Source of the DNA: Solirubrobacteraceae bacterium
GTDB taxonomy: Bacteria; Actinomycetota; Thermoleophilia; Solirubrobacterales; Solirubrobacteraceae
NCBI GenBank assembly: GCA_044865965.1
Contig: JBIOTP010000097.1
Span: 5,068-69,067 of the forward strand
Direction: 5' to 3'
DNA: 64,000 nucleotides
Every line of letters starts with the position of its first letter. Position 1 is the stretch's first letter. The position numbers and the translations under genes are program-made. Below the pieces are notes generated by a model. It made no database searches. It was not told the DNA's origin and was given only the letters and a program-made list of their open reading frames with translations. Below, one piece after another: positions 1 through 8,085 of the stretch.

Positions 1-117
1 CCTCGGGGAGCTCAAGCCGGCGTCGCCGCTGCCGCTGAGCGCCACGCGCGCCTGACATCCGGCCAGCCGCGGGCCCCGGGGCTCACATGGGGCGCACGGG
101 CGGCCGATCGCGATCCC

Positions 118-297
118 ATGGAGATCACCGACAACGCTTCCCTGACGATCCAGGCCAACGCCCTGCAGGCGATCCGCACGACGCTCTCGGCCGCCCAGGC
201 GGCGCCGCCGACGCCGGACGCCCAGGCCGCCGTGATCCTGGATCTCTCCACCGCCGCGCAGGCGCTGCTCGGCGGCGCGCATCCCAACAGCCGCTAG
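118..297 (+). CDS. Small hypothetical protein (59 aa, MEITDNASLTIQANALQAIRTTLSAAQAAPPTPDAQAAVILDLSTAAQALLGGAHPNSR)
   Basis: ATG 118 to TAG 295-297 read by hand; GC3-rich codons; just below the ORF-track size cut-off. Confidence 0.5.
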   Translation: MEITDNASLTIQANALQAIRTTLSAAQAAPPTPDAQAAVILDLSTAAQALLGGAHPNSR

Positions 298-460
298 GTG
301 GTTCCGCGCGGAAGTACACGCGCCGTCCAGGTGGTCGCTGGCGCCGCCTGACAAGGACGCAGACCCGCAGGAATCCCTCCGGGATTTCAAGTGGTCGAGG
401 ACGCCGTCAGGCGGTGATCAGCGGCCGCCTGGCGGTGTGTGTACTTGCGGGCGGGACCAC
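298..460 (+). ncRNA. Putative long rod-like RNA hairpin or palindromic repeat element
   Basis: Arms 312-351 and 406-446 pair over ~40 bp; non-Watson-Crick pairs are G-U on the + strand; closing stem GTGGTTCC/GGGACCAC; apical stem GAATCCC-TCC-GGGATTT. Confidence 0.5.
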
Positions 461-564
461 GAGGGTTCGGGCTGCCCGGACCCCCCTGTACGGCTGGCCC
501 ACCGCAGGGACACGGGCTCGCCCCCGTGCCGGGCGGGCCCGGCGGTGCGAGTCTGGACACCACG

Positions 565-768
565 ATGTCCGCCTTCGACCTCCACACCCACCTCCTCGAG
601 CTGCAGGCCGAGCGCGCGCTCGCGCAGGACACGGGCGTCGCCCGCATCGGGTCCTACATGGCCGACCTCGAGCGCGAGATCGAGCGCTCGCAGGCCGCCT
701 TCGTCGGCGCCGCGGTCACCGAGATCGCGACGCTGCGGGCCCAGCTCTCCGGGCCGCAGGTCGGCTAA
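565..768 (+). CDS. Small helical hypothetical protein (MSAFDLHTHLLELQAERALA...)
   Basis: 3' part of ORF 439..768 has typical codon usage; ATG at 565. Confidence 0.7.
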   Translation: MSAFDLHTHLLELQAERALAQDTGVARIGSYMADLEREIERSQAAFVGAAVTEIATLRAQLSGPQVG

Positions 769-773
769 CTTAA

Positions 774-2768
774 CTAAGCGAGCTCGGGCTTCTCGGGCAG
801 GTCGAGCCCGCGCAGCTCGGCGGCGCCGCCGGCCAGGCCGGGGCGCGGAAGCGGCCGCGGGGCCTCGCGGCCCGGTGAGACGGTGCCCGGCAGCTCCGGG
901 CGCTCCGGCGTGCCGGGCGGCAGCTCGTCGGCGCCGAAGATCTCGGCCTCGGCCTTGCCGGCGAGCAGCGCCTCGAACTCCTCGCGCTCGATCGTCTCGC
1001 GCTTGAGCAGGATCTCCGAGATCGTCTCCAGGCGCTCGCGGTGCTCGGACAGGATGTTCTTGGCGACCTGGTGCGCGCTCTCCACGATGCGGCGGATCTC
1101 GTCGTCGATCTCGCGCGCGATCTCGTCCGAGTAGTCCGGCTCGGCCGAGAACTCGCGGCCCAGGAACGGCTGCCCGTGGTCGTGCCCGAAGACCCGCGGG
1201 CCGAGCTTCTCGCTCATGCCGAAGCGCATGACCATCTGCTTGGCGGTCGCCGTGACCTTCTCGAGGTCGTTGGACGCGCCGGTGGTGATCTCGCCGAAGA
1301 CGATCTCCTCCGCCGCGCGGCCGCCCAGCGTCATCGCCATCGTGTCGTTGAGCTCCGCCTTGGTGGTGAGGAACTTGTCCTCCGACGGCAGCGAGATCGT
1401 GTAGCCGAGCGCCTGGCCGCGCGAGATGATCGAGATCTTGTGCACCGGGTCCGAGTGCTCGAGGTAATGGCCGACGATCGCGTGGCCCATCTCGTGGTAG
1501 GCGGTGACGAGGCGCTCCTTCTCGCCCATGACCCGGGTCTTCTTCTCCGGCCCGGCGACCACGCGCATGATGCCCTCTTCGAGCTCGATCTGCGTGATCT
1601 CCTTCTTGCCCGTGCGGGCGGCCAGCAGGGCGGCCTCGTTGACGAGGTTCGACAGGTCGGCGCCGGTGAAGCCGGGCGTCTGGCCGGCCAGCGCGTCGAT
1701 GTCGATCTCCTTGGCCAGCGGCTTGCCGCGGGTGTGGACCTCGAGGATCTTGGCGCGGCCCTTGCGGTCCGGCCGGTCGACGGTGATCTGACGGTCGAAG
1801 CGGCCGGGGCGCAGGAGCGCGGGATCGAGGATGTCGGGCCGGTTCGTGGCCGCGATCATGATGATGTTGTCCTTGGCCTCGAAGCCGTCCATCTCGACGA
1901 GCAGCTGGTTGAGCGTCTGCTCGCGCTCGTCGTGGCCGCCGCCCATGCCGGCGCCGCGGTGACGGCCGACGGCGTCGATCTCGTCCATGAAGATGATGCA
2001 GGGCGAGTTCTGCTTGGCCTGCTCGAACAGGTCGCGGACACGCGACGCGCCCACGCCGACGAACATCTCGACGAAGTCCGAGCCGGAGATGCTGAAGAAC
2101 GGCACGCCGGCCTCGCCGGCCACCGCGCGCGCGAGCAGCGTCTTGCCGGTGCCCGGAGGCCCGTAGAGCAGCACGCCCTTCGGGATCCGTGCGCCGAGCG
2201 CCTGGAACTTCTTCGGGTTCTCCAGGAACTCCTTGATCTCGTGGAGCTCCTCCACCGCCTCGTCGACGCCCGCGACGTCGCGGAACGTGATCTTCGGCGA
2301 GTCGACCGACAGCCGCTTGGCGCGCGACTTGCCGAACGACATCACCTTCGAGCCGCCGCCTTGGACCTGGTTCATCAGGAAGATCCAGAACCCGATGAAG
2401 ATCAGGAACGGCAGCACGTACGTCAGCAGCGACAGGATCACGCTGGACCGCGCCGGCTTGACGTCGAAGTTCGTGATCTCGTTCTCCGCCTTGGCGGCGC
2501 GCAGCTTGTTGACCAGGACGTCGGAGTAGTCGAACGGATAGCCGACCTGGTACTTCTTGTGGTCGGCGCCCTTGAGCGTGACCTCGACGGTGTTGTCCTT
2601 GGTCCGCAGGACGACGTTGTCGATCTCGCCGTGGTCGATCTGGTCGAGGAACGTGCCGAACGCGGGCGCCTTGACCTCGTCCGTGCGCGCGATCAGCTTC
2701 GAGGCGAAGAACGCCAGCACGATCACGATCAGGATCGGGAAGGCGGCGCTCTTGAAGAAGCGGCTCAT
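774..2768 (-). CDS. ftsH: ATP-dependent zinc metalloprotease FtsH
   Basis: Two N-terminal TM segments, Walker [32 protein letters not shown], zinc motif HEMGH. Confidence 0.99.
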   Translation of the reverse strand: MSRFFKSAAFPILIVIVLAFFASKLIARTDEVKAPAFGTFLDQIDHGEIDNVVLRTKDNTVEVTLKGADHKKYQVGYPFDYSDVLVNKLRAAKAENEITNFDVKPARSSVILSLLTYVLPFLIFIGFWIFLMNQVQGGGSKVMSFGKSRAKRLSVDSPKITFRDVAGVDEAVEELHEIKEFLENPKKFQALGARIPKGVLLYGPPGTGKTLLARAVAGEAGVPFFSISGSDFVEMFVGVGASRVRDLFEQAKQNSPCIIFMDEIDAVGRHRGAGMGGGHDEREQTLNQLLVEMDGFEAKDNIIMIAATNRPDILDPALLRPGRFDRQITVDRPDRKGRAKILEVHTRGKPLAKEIDIDALAGQTPGFTGADLSNLVNEAALLAARTGKKEITQIELEEGIMRVVAGPEKKTRVMGEKERLVTAYHEMGHAIVGHYLEHSDPVHKISIISRGQALGYTISLPSEDKFLTTKAELNDTMAMTLGGRAAEEIVFGEITTGASNDLEKVTATAKQMVMRFGMSEKLGPRVFGHDHGQPFLGREFSAEPDYSDEIAREIDDEIRRIVESAHQVAKNILSEHRERLETISEILLKRETIEREEFEALLAGKAEAEIFGADELPPGTPERPELPGTVSPGREAPRPLPRPGLAGGAAELRGLDLPEKPELA

Positions 2769-2913
2769 GCGCCTGCGCGCCCCGCGCGGGCAAGGAATGG
2801 ACGGCGAGTCAAGATGTTCAAGGCTACCAGGGGTTTGGGGACGCTCAGCAAAGGACTGGCCAGTGTGGTCCTGGTTTCTTTCCCTTCCCTAACGAAGGTC
2901 CAGGATCCGCGGA

Positions 2914-3447
2914 TCAGCCGTCTGAGAGCACCAACGCCGCCACGAACGGCAGGTTGCGGTAGCGCTCCGCGTAGTCCAGGCCGTAGCCGATGGCGAACTT
3001 GTCCGGAATTTCGAAGCCGGTGTAGCGGACCGGCAGCTCGACCGTGCGGCGGTCCGGCTTGGTGAGGAGCGCGCAGACCTCCAGCGAGGCCGGGCCGCGC
3101 GCCTCCAGCGTGCGCAGCAGGTACTGCAGCGTCAGCCCGGAGTCCACGATGTCCTCGACGATCAGCACATGCCGGCCTTCGAGCGGCGCGTCGAGGTCCT
3201 TCAGGATGCGCACGACGCCCGAGGACTCGGTGGAGGAGCCGTAGGAGGCGACCGCCATGAAGTCCACCTCGCACGCCACGTCGAGGTGGCGCATCAGGTC
3301 GGCGAGGAACAGGAAGGCGCCCTTCAGGACGCCGATCAGCAGCACGTCGCGGCCCGCGTAGTCGCGCGAGATCTCCTCCGCCAGGGCCCGGATGCGGTGC
3401 TGGAGCTCGTCGGCCTGGACCAGGATCTCGCCGATCGCTTCGCTCAT
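2914..3447 (-). CDS. hpt: Hypoxanthine phosphoribosyltransferase
   Basis: VLIVEDIVDSGLT PRPP motif, IGYGLDYAERYRNLP; start MSEAIGEILV at 3447. Confidence 0.97.
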   Translation of the reverse strand: MSEAIGEILVQADELQHRIRALAEEISRDYAGRDVLLIGVLKGAFLFLADLMRHLDVACEVDFMAVASYGSSTESSGVVRILKDLDAPLEGRHVLIVEDIVDSGLTLQYLLRTLEARGPASLEVCALLTKPDRRTVELPVRYTGFEIPDKFAIGYGLDYAERYRNLPFVAALVLSDG

Positions 3448-4955
3448 CGGGCCGCGGAGTCTAAGTGCACACCGCCGGATCGCCACGCCAGCCGGACCCG
3501 GTCGGTCGTGGCCTCCGTGACGCGGAAGCGCTCGCCGGTCGCGAGCCCCGGAACCCACGCGATCTCGCCGTCGGAGAGGACGACGGGGAGCGCCGCGCGG
3601 CGCTCGCGCGGGACCTTGCGGTCGGTGAAGAGGTCCTGCAGGGAGCGCGAGCCGCCGAGCCCGAGCGGGCGCATCCGGTCGCCCGGCCGCCACGGGCGCA
3701 CCTCGAGCGTCGGCGCCAGCGCCGCCGCGTCGAGCGTCCCGTCGGCGATCGGGAGGTCCGGTCCGCGCTCGCACAGCAGCTCGCCGCCGCCATAGGCGGT
3801 CCGGCCGGGGACCGGCAGCCGCGCGGGCGCGGCACCCCCGAGCTCGGCGCGCCGCCGCTCGATCCGGAGCCGGCCGTACTCGACGACCGCCCGCAGCCCG
3901 CCGGGGAGATCGAGCGCCGCCGTCCCGCCGCCCGCGCCGAGCGCGAGGATCTCGGCCGCCCGGTCGCCGATGGCCGCCCCCGGCGAGTCGCCGCCCGCGG
4001 CGAGCAGCCCGCCCGCCCCGGGCTCGCCGCCGCCCGCGGCGAGCAGGCCGGCCTCGCGGCCGCCCTCGGCCCGGTCGGCGAGGCGCTGGACCGCCAGGCG
4101 GCGGAGGGCCTCGGGGAGCGCGGCGAGGCGGGCGACCTCCGGGGGCTCCCCGGCCGCAGCGAGCGCGGCGTCGACGGCGGCGTCCAGCACCTCGGCCTCG
4201 TCGCGCAGCAGCGCGAGCGTGCGCAGGACGTTGGCCTCGGCCGCCGGGTGCAGCGCGCGCAGCGCCGGCACCAGGTCCGCCCGCAGCCGCCCGCGCGTGG
4301 TGCCCGCATTGCCGGCGTCCTCGCGCCAGGCGAGCCCGCGCTCGGCGCAGTAGGCGGCGGTCTCTTCGCGCGTCACGCCGAGCAGCGGGCGCACCAGCCG
4401 GCCCGAGCGGGCGGGCATGCCGAGCAGCGCGCGTCGCCCGGGCGAGGCGGCCAGGCGGTAGAGGACGGTCTCCACCTGGTCGGTCGCCGTGTGGCCCGCG
4501 GCCACGAGGGCGCCGAGCGCCGCCGCCGGCCGGGCCGCCTCCGCGTCGCGGACGTCATGGGCCACGCGGGCGCCGAACGCCGCCGCCGGCCGCGCCACCT
4601 CCGCATCGCGGACGTCACGGGCCACGCGGGCGTCGAGCGCCGCCGCCAGCCGCGCCGCCTCGGCGTAGCGGACATCGCGCGCCCACGCCTGCAGGTTCCC
4701 CCGCTGCGGCCCCCGCGGGCGGCGCACCGCCAGCGGCACGCCCAGCCGGGCGCAGGTTGCCGCGCAGTGCGCCTCGTCCTCGCCGGCCTCCGCGCGCAGC
4801 CCGTAGTTGACGTGCAGGGCGGTGACCGCGGGCGCGATGCGCGCCGCGAGGTCGAGCAGGCACGTGGAGTCCCGCCCTCCGGAGTACAGAACGACGACCG
4901 GCCCGTCCAGCAGGCCGCCCGCGCGCACCGCCGCCTCGATCGCGGCGGCGCTCAC
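3444..4955 (-). CDS. tilS: tRNA(Ile)-lysidine synthase
   Basis: PP-loop SGGRDS, HVNYGLR, GHTATDQVET, RPLL, C-terminal RPWRPGDRM; GTG start 4955; tilS-hpt-ftsH synteny. Confidence 0.93.
   Translation of the reverse strand: MSAAAIEAAVRAGGLLDGPVVVLYSGGRDSTCLLDLAARIAPAVTALHVNYGLRAEAGEDEAHCAATCARLGVPLAVRRPRGPQRGNLQAWARDVRYAEAARLAAALDARVARDVRDAEVARPAAAFGARVAHDVRDAEAARPAAALGALVAAGHTATDQVETVLYRLAASPGRRALLGMPARSGRLVRPLLGVTREETAAYCAERGLAWREDAGNAGTTRGRLRADLVPALRALHPAAEANVLRTLALLRDEAEVLDAAVDAALAAAGEPPEVARLAALPEALRRLAVQRLADRAEGGREAGLLAAGGGEPGAGGLLAAGGDSPGAAIGDRAAEILALGAGGGTAALDLPGGLRAVVEYGRLRIERRRAELGGAAPARLPVPGRTAYGGGELLCERGPDLPIADGTLDAAALAPTLEVRPWRPGDRMRPLGLGGSRSLQDLFTDRKVPRERRAALPVVLSDGEIAWVPGLATGERFRVTEATTDRVRLAWRSGGVHLDSAAR
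4501..4680. repeat. Three tandem 60-bp copies inside tilS
   Basis: Lines 4501/4561/4621 align in register; peptide (R/H)DVRxAExARxAAAxxAxVA x3. Confidence 0.9.
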
Positions 4956-6127
4956 CGCTCGGCTCGCTGCGCCAGGAACAGCTCGGTCGCCTCCTCGAAC
5001 CCCTTCAGCTTGACCTCGCCGATGTGGTCGAAGCGCAGGTGGCGCCCGGCCGCCTCCTTCACGGGCCGCGTGACGAGCACCTCGCCGCCGGCAGCGCGCG
5101 CGCCGACGCGCGCGGCGAGGTTGACCGCGCGGCCGTAGTAGTCGCCGTCGCGGTACAGCGCGCTGCCCGCGTGGATGCCGATCCGCGGCAGCGGCCGCTC
5201 GACGAACAGCGTCTGCACGCCCACGGCCCAGTCGACCAGCTCGGCCGGATCGGTTCCGACCACCATCACCTCGTCGCCGATCGTCTTCACCACGCGCGCG
5301 TCCCCCGGCAGCGTCTCCTCCACGGCGCCCACGAAGCGCTCGACGACCTCGAGCGCCTCCTCCTCCCCCATCTCCTCCGTCAGCCGCGTGTAGCCCGCGA
5401 GGTCTGCGAACACGATCGCCACGCGGACGCGGCCGAGCGCGCCGTCTCCGTCGCTCTCCGGCTCGAGGTGCCCGACGATGTCCTGCTCGATGAAGTGCTG
5501 CAGCAGGCGCTGGTGGACCTGGTCCATGATCGGCCCCGCGAGCGGCAGCAGCTCGGACGCGAGCCCCTGCAGCTCCTCGGCGATCTCCAGCCCCGGGACG
5601 CCGTCGCGGATCAGCGGCTCGTGGACGTAGAGATGGAAGAGCTTGACCTCGGCGTCGGCGATCTGGGCGAGCGCCTGGCCGTAGACGCGCACGAGCTGCA
5701 GGAACGCCACCAGCGGCAGGCCGGCGTCGAGCACGGCGGCGAGGCTGCGCAGCAGCTCGACGTCGTCGTCGGACAGCGAGTCCAGCGACTCGTGCGAGAA
5801 CCCGGCCGCCGACCAGACGCGCTTGATCAGCTCCGGCTCGAGCCCGGTCGCGCGCGCCGCCTCCTCGAGCGTGTGGCTCGGCGCGCGGCGCGGAAACAGC
5901 TCCTCCAGGTAGCCGTAGGCGAGCCGGCCGGAGTGCGCCGCCTCGCGCAGCTCGTCGAGGCCGTGCCCGCGGCCGCGCAGCCGCGCGACCAGGCGTGCCT
6001 GAGCCAGCGCGGCCGGAGTCCACTCGCCGTCGCTCAGCGGCACGATCCCCTCGGCGACCCAGCGCCGCAGGGTTGCGGGAGAGACGTCCAGCCGCCGCGC
6101 GACCTCGGTCTGCGTCAGCTCGGACAT
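4952..6127 (-). CDS. Class III adenylate cyclase with N-terminal MerR-like HTH/regulatory region
   Basis: LTQTEVARRLDVSPATLRRW HTH; FADLAGYT, VKTIGDEVM, DYYGRAVNLAAR catalytic motifs. Confidence 0.9.
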   Translation of the reverse strand: MSELTQTEVARRLDVSPATLRRWVAEGIVPLSDGEWTPAALAQARLVARLRGRGHGLDELREAAHSGRLAYGYLEELFPRRAPSHTLEEAARATGLEPELIKRVWSAAGFSHESLDSLSDDDVELLRSLAAVLDAGLPLVAFLQLVRVYGQALAQIADAEVKLFHLYVHEPLIRDGVPGLEIAEELQGLASELLPLAGPIMDQVHQRLLQHFIEQDIVGHLEPESDGDGALGRVRVAIVFADLAGYTRLTEEMGEEEALEVVERFVGAVEETLPGDARVVKTIGDEVMVVGTDPAELVDWAVGVQTLFVERPLPRIGIHAGSALYRDGDYYGRAVNLAARVGARAAGGEVLVTRPVKEAAGRHLRFDHIGEVKLKGFEEATELFLAQRAER

Positions 6128-6159
6128 GCGCGCAACGAGGCTACCCCGCGCGCGCAGAG

Positions 6160-6297
6160 ATGGAAGCGGCGGGACCGGGGCCCCGCCGCACCTGCGGGCA
6201 ATGCGGCCCGCTGCCTCGGCCGGCGGCGTTCGTCGTGGGCGACGCCTTGCGGTGAGCCCCTAAGGGCTTCCCACTCCCCGGCCTGTGGGTCACCGTA
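6160..6297 (-). ncRNA. Putative structured leader or sRNA upstream of the cyclase
   Basis: Three-way junction (CGGTGA/TCACCG, CCCAC/GTGGG, AGCCC/GGGCT), GC hairpin GCGGCGGG..CCCGCCGC followed by TTCC; TTGACG-N17-TAGACC upstream. Confidence 0.4.
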
Positions 6298-6344
6298 GGT
6301 CTAGCGCGCGATGCGCAATTCGTCAATCCCCACTTTGCGTCACA

Positions 6345-6770
6345 TCACACCTTCAGGTGCGGGCGCTCGCGCTCCAGGTACTCGGAGTAGCGCGCGTAGA
6401 TCGGCTTGGTGATCGGGATCAGCGCGAGCGCCGCCTTCAGGTCGCCGCCGGGCTTGATGCGCCGGCGCGCGATCGCCATCGGGACGTTCTCCTTGCCCTG
6501 GAAGTAGCGGTTGGCGACCTCGGAGGACATCGTCATCTGGACCTTCGGCTCCCAGTCGACGTCGTCCGACCACTCCCAGTGCAGGTTCCCGTCCTCCCCG
6601 GGCCGCGCCGCGCGGATGTTCACGACGATGTCGTAGTCGCTGAACTCGAACCGCTGCGGGCAGTCGGCGTCGCGCAGCTTCGGGCCCATCTCCGGATCGG
6701 CGTCCATCATCCGGAACACCTCGTCCATCACCTCCCGGAGCTCGCGAGGCGACTCGAACGAGGCGCCCAT
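6345..6770 (-). CDS. SCP2 sterol/lipid-binding domain protein
   Basis: MSSEVANRYFQGKENVPMAIARRRIKPGGDL resembles the SCP2 C-terminal signature. Confidence 0.75.
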   Translation of the reverse strand: MGASFESPRELREVMDEVFRMMDADPEMGPKLRDADCPQRFEFSDYDIVVNIRAARPGEDGNLHWEWSDDVDWEPKVQMTMSSEVANRYFQGKENVPMAIARRRIKPGGDLKAALALIPITKPIYARYSEYLERERPHLKV

Positions 6771-6772
6771 CG

Positions 6773-7318
6773 CTAGGAACCGCTCGAGGACGACGAGCCC
6801 GAGGAGCCGGACGAGCCCGAGGAGCCGGACGAGCCAGAGGAGCGCGAGCCGGTGGAGCGCGTCGACCGCTTCGCCGTCGAGCCGGACTTCGCGGCGGTCG
6901 AGCGCGACCTCGTGGTGCCGGCCTTCGCCGCCGTGGAGCTCGACTTCGCGGCCGCCGGGCGCGAGCTCGCCCTGCTGCCGGAACGGGCCGACGTCGCGCC
7001 GGCCGGCTTCGCGGCGGCGGGCTTCGCGCCGCCTTCGCCCTTGGGCTCGAGCGCCGAGACGCGCGCGGCGAGCGCCTCGACCTCGCGGCGGAGCTTCTTG
7101 ACCTCGTCGAGGACGCGCATGTCCTCGAATGTCTGGCGGATGCGGCCGGCGGCGGCCGCGATCTCGTCGACGAGCTCGCGCGTGCGGTCGCGCGTGGACT
7201 GGGCGCCCTCGGCCGAGGCGTGGAACGTGCGCTCCACGGCGGCGCGGACGGCCTCGACGGCGTCTTGCGCGCCGCTCTTGGTGTCGTCCTTCTTCTTCTT
7301 GCTGTCCTTCTTAGCCAT
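6773..7318 (-). CDS. Phasin-like coiled-coil protein with basic Ala/Lys/Ser low-complexity tail
   Basis: DEVKKLRREVEALAARVSALE zipper followed by AKP/ARS and SSG repeats. Confidence 0.65.
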   Translation of the reverse strand: MAKKDSKKKKDDTKSGAQDAVEAVRAAVERTFHASAEGAQSTRDRTRELVDEIAAAAGRIRQTFEDMRVLDEVKKLRREVEALAARVSALEPKGEGGAKPAAAKPAGATSARSGSRASSRPAAAKSSSTAAKAGTTRSRSTAAKSGSTAKRSTRSTGSRSSGSSGSSGSSGSSGSSSSSGS

Positions 7319-7330
7319 GGCAGCGCAACT

Positions 7331-7813
7331 CTATTTCTTCGCGCGCTTGCGCGCGGGCTTCGGCGCCGCCTCCGGCGCCTCCACGGCGAGGCGCTCCTGC
7401 TCGCGCGGCACCGCCGCCGGGCGCGCGTCGAGCGCGGTGGCGACCGCGCCCACCTCGGCGACGAGCTTGGCCAGGTGGGTCTCCACCGCCTCGAGGCGGT
7501 CCTCCAGCGCGCCGTGGCCGAGCGCCTGCAGGCGCTCCTCGAGCCGGTCGACGCTCTCCTCGACCCCCTCGAGCCGCTGCGCGACCTGGCGCACCCGCCG
7601 CGTGAGGCGCTCGATGTCCGCGGCGGACGGCAGGTTGAGCGCGCCCATGGCCGCCTCCTGCGCCTGCACCGCGCGCTCGCGCGCCGAGAAGGCGCGGGTG
7701 ATGGCACGGTTGACCAGCGGGTTCTCCAGCAGGTCGTTGGCGAGCTTGCCGAGGGCGTCCTCACCCTGGCGGGCGAGCCGGTCCTTGAGCCCCTCGGTGC
7801 CTTCGTCTGCCAT
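7331..7813 (-). CDS. Coiled-coil protein with PhaE/PhaR-like motif
   Basis: LNLPSAADIERLTRRVRQVAQRLE motif; GAGGAGG RBS upstream. Confidence 0.7.
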   Translation of the reverse strand: MADEGTEGLKDRLARQGEDALGKLANDLLENPLVNRAITRAFSARERAVQAQEAAMGALNLPSAADIERLTRRVRQVAQRLEGVEESVDRLEERLQALGHGALEDRLEAVETHLAKLVAEVGAVATALDARPAAVPREQERLAVEAPEAAPKPARKRAKK

Positions 7814-7881
7814 GGTGGGATCGGCCTCCTCGAAGCGAAGTTGCGCCGGGGAAGCTACCGCAGACCGTCCCTCGCATCTGC

Positions 7882-7912
7882 GAAACTCAACCTCGATCGA
7901 AGGTTGAGTTTC
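7882..7912. promoter_or_regulatory. Perfect 12-bp inverted repeat in a divergent promoter region
   Basis: GAAACTCAACCT-N7-AGGTTGAGTTTC. Confidence 0.55.
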
Positions 7913-8085
7913 TACGAAAGTACGTCGAATCGCGACGAATCTGCGCCAGACTCGTCACGATTGAACGTTCCGAATTGCGAGAGCCCAATGCCGTCGCTAG
8001 CGTGCCTGCGAGATCGAGGGGCCCTGGTCCCTGTGCATCCGCCCAGGGATCGGGCGGTTGCGGCGGCCCTCCTCTCGCCCGGGTC

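Noticed and set aside
6141-6326. 61-aa ORF in the cyclase upstream region
   Set aside because: TTG start coincides with the putative -35, composition is not protein-like, and the region is better explained by RNA structure.
6329-6349. CRP/GlxR site near the cyclase (TCACATCACA)
   Set aside because: No matching TGTGA half-site at 6-bp spacing.
7814-8085. c-di-AMP (ydaO) riboswitch ahead of the cell-wall hydrolase
   Set aside because: Expected from context, but I could not find the conserved ydaO sequence elements.
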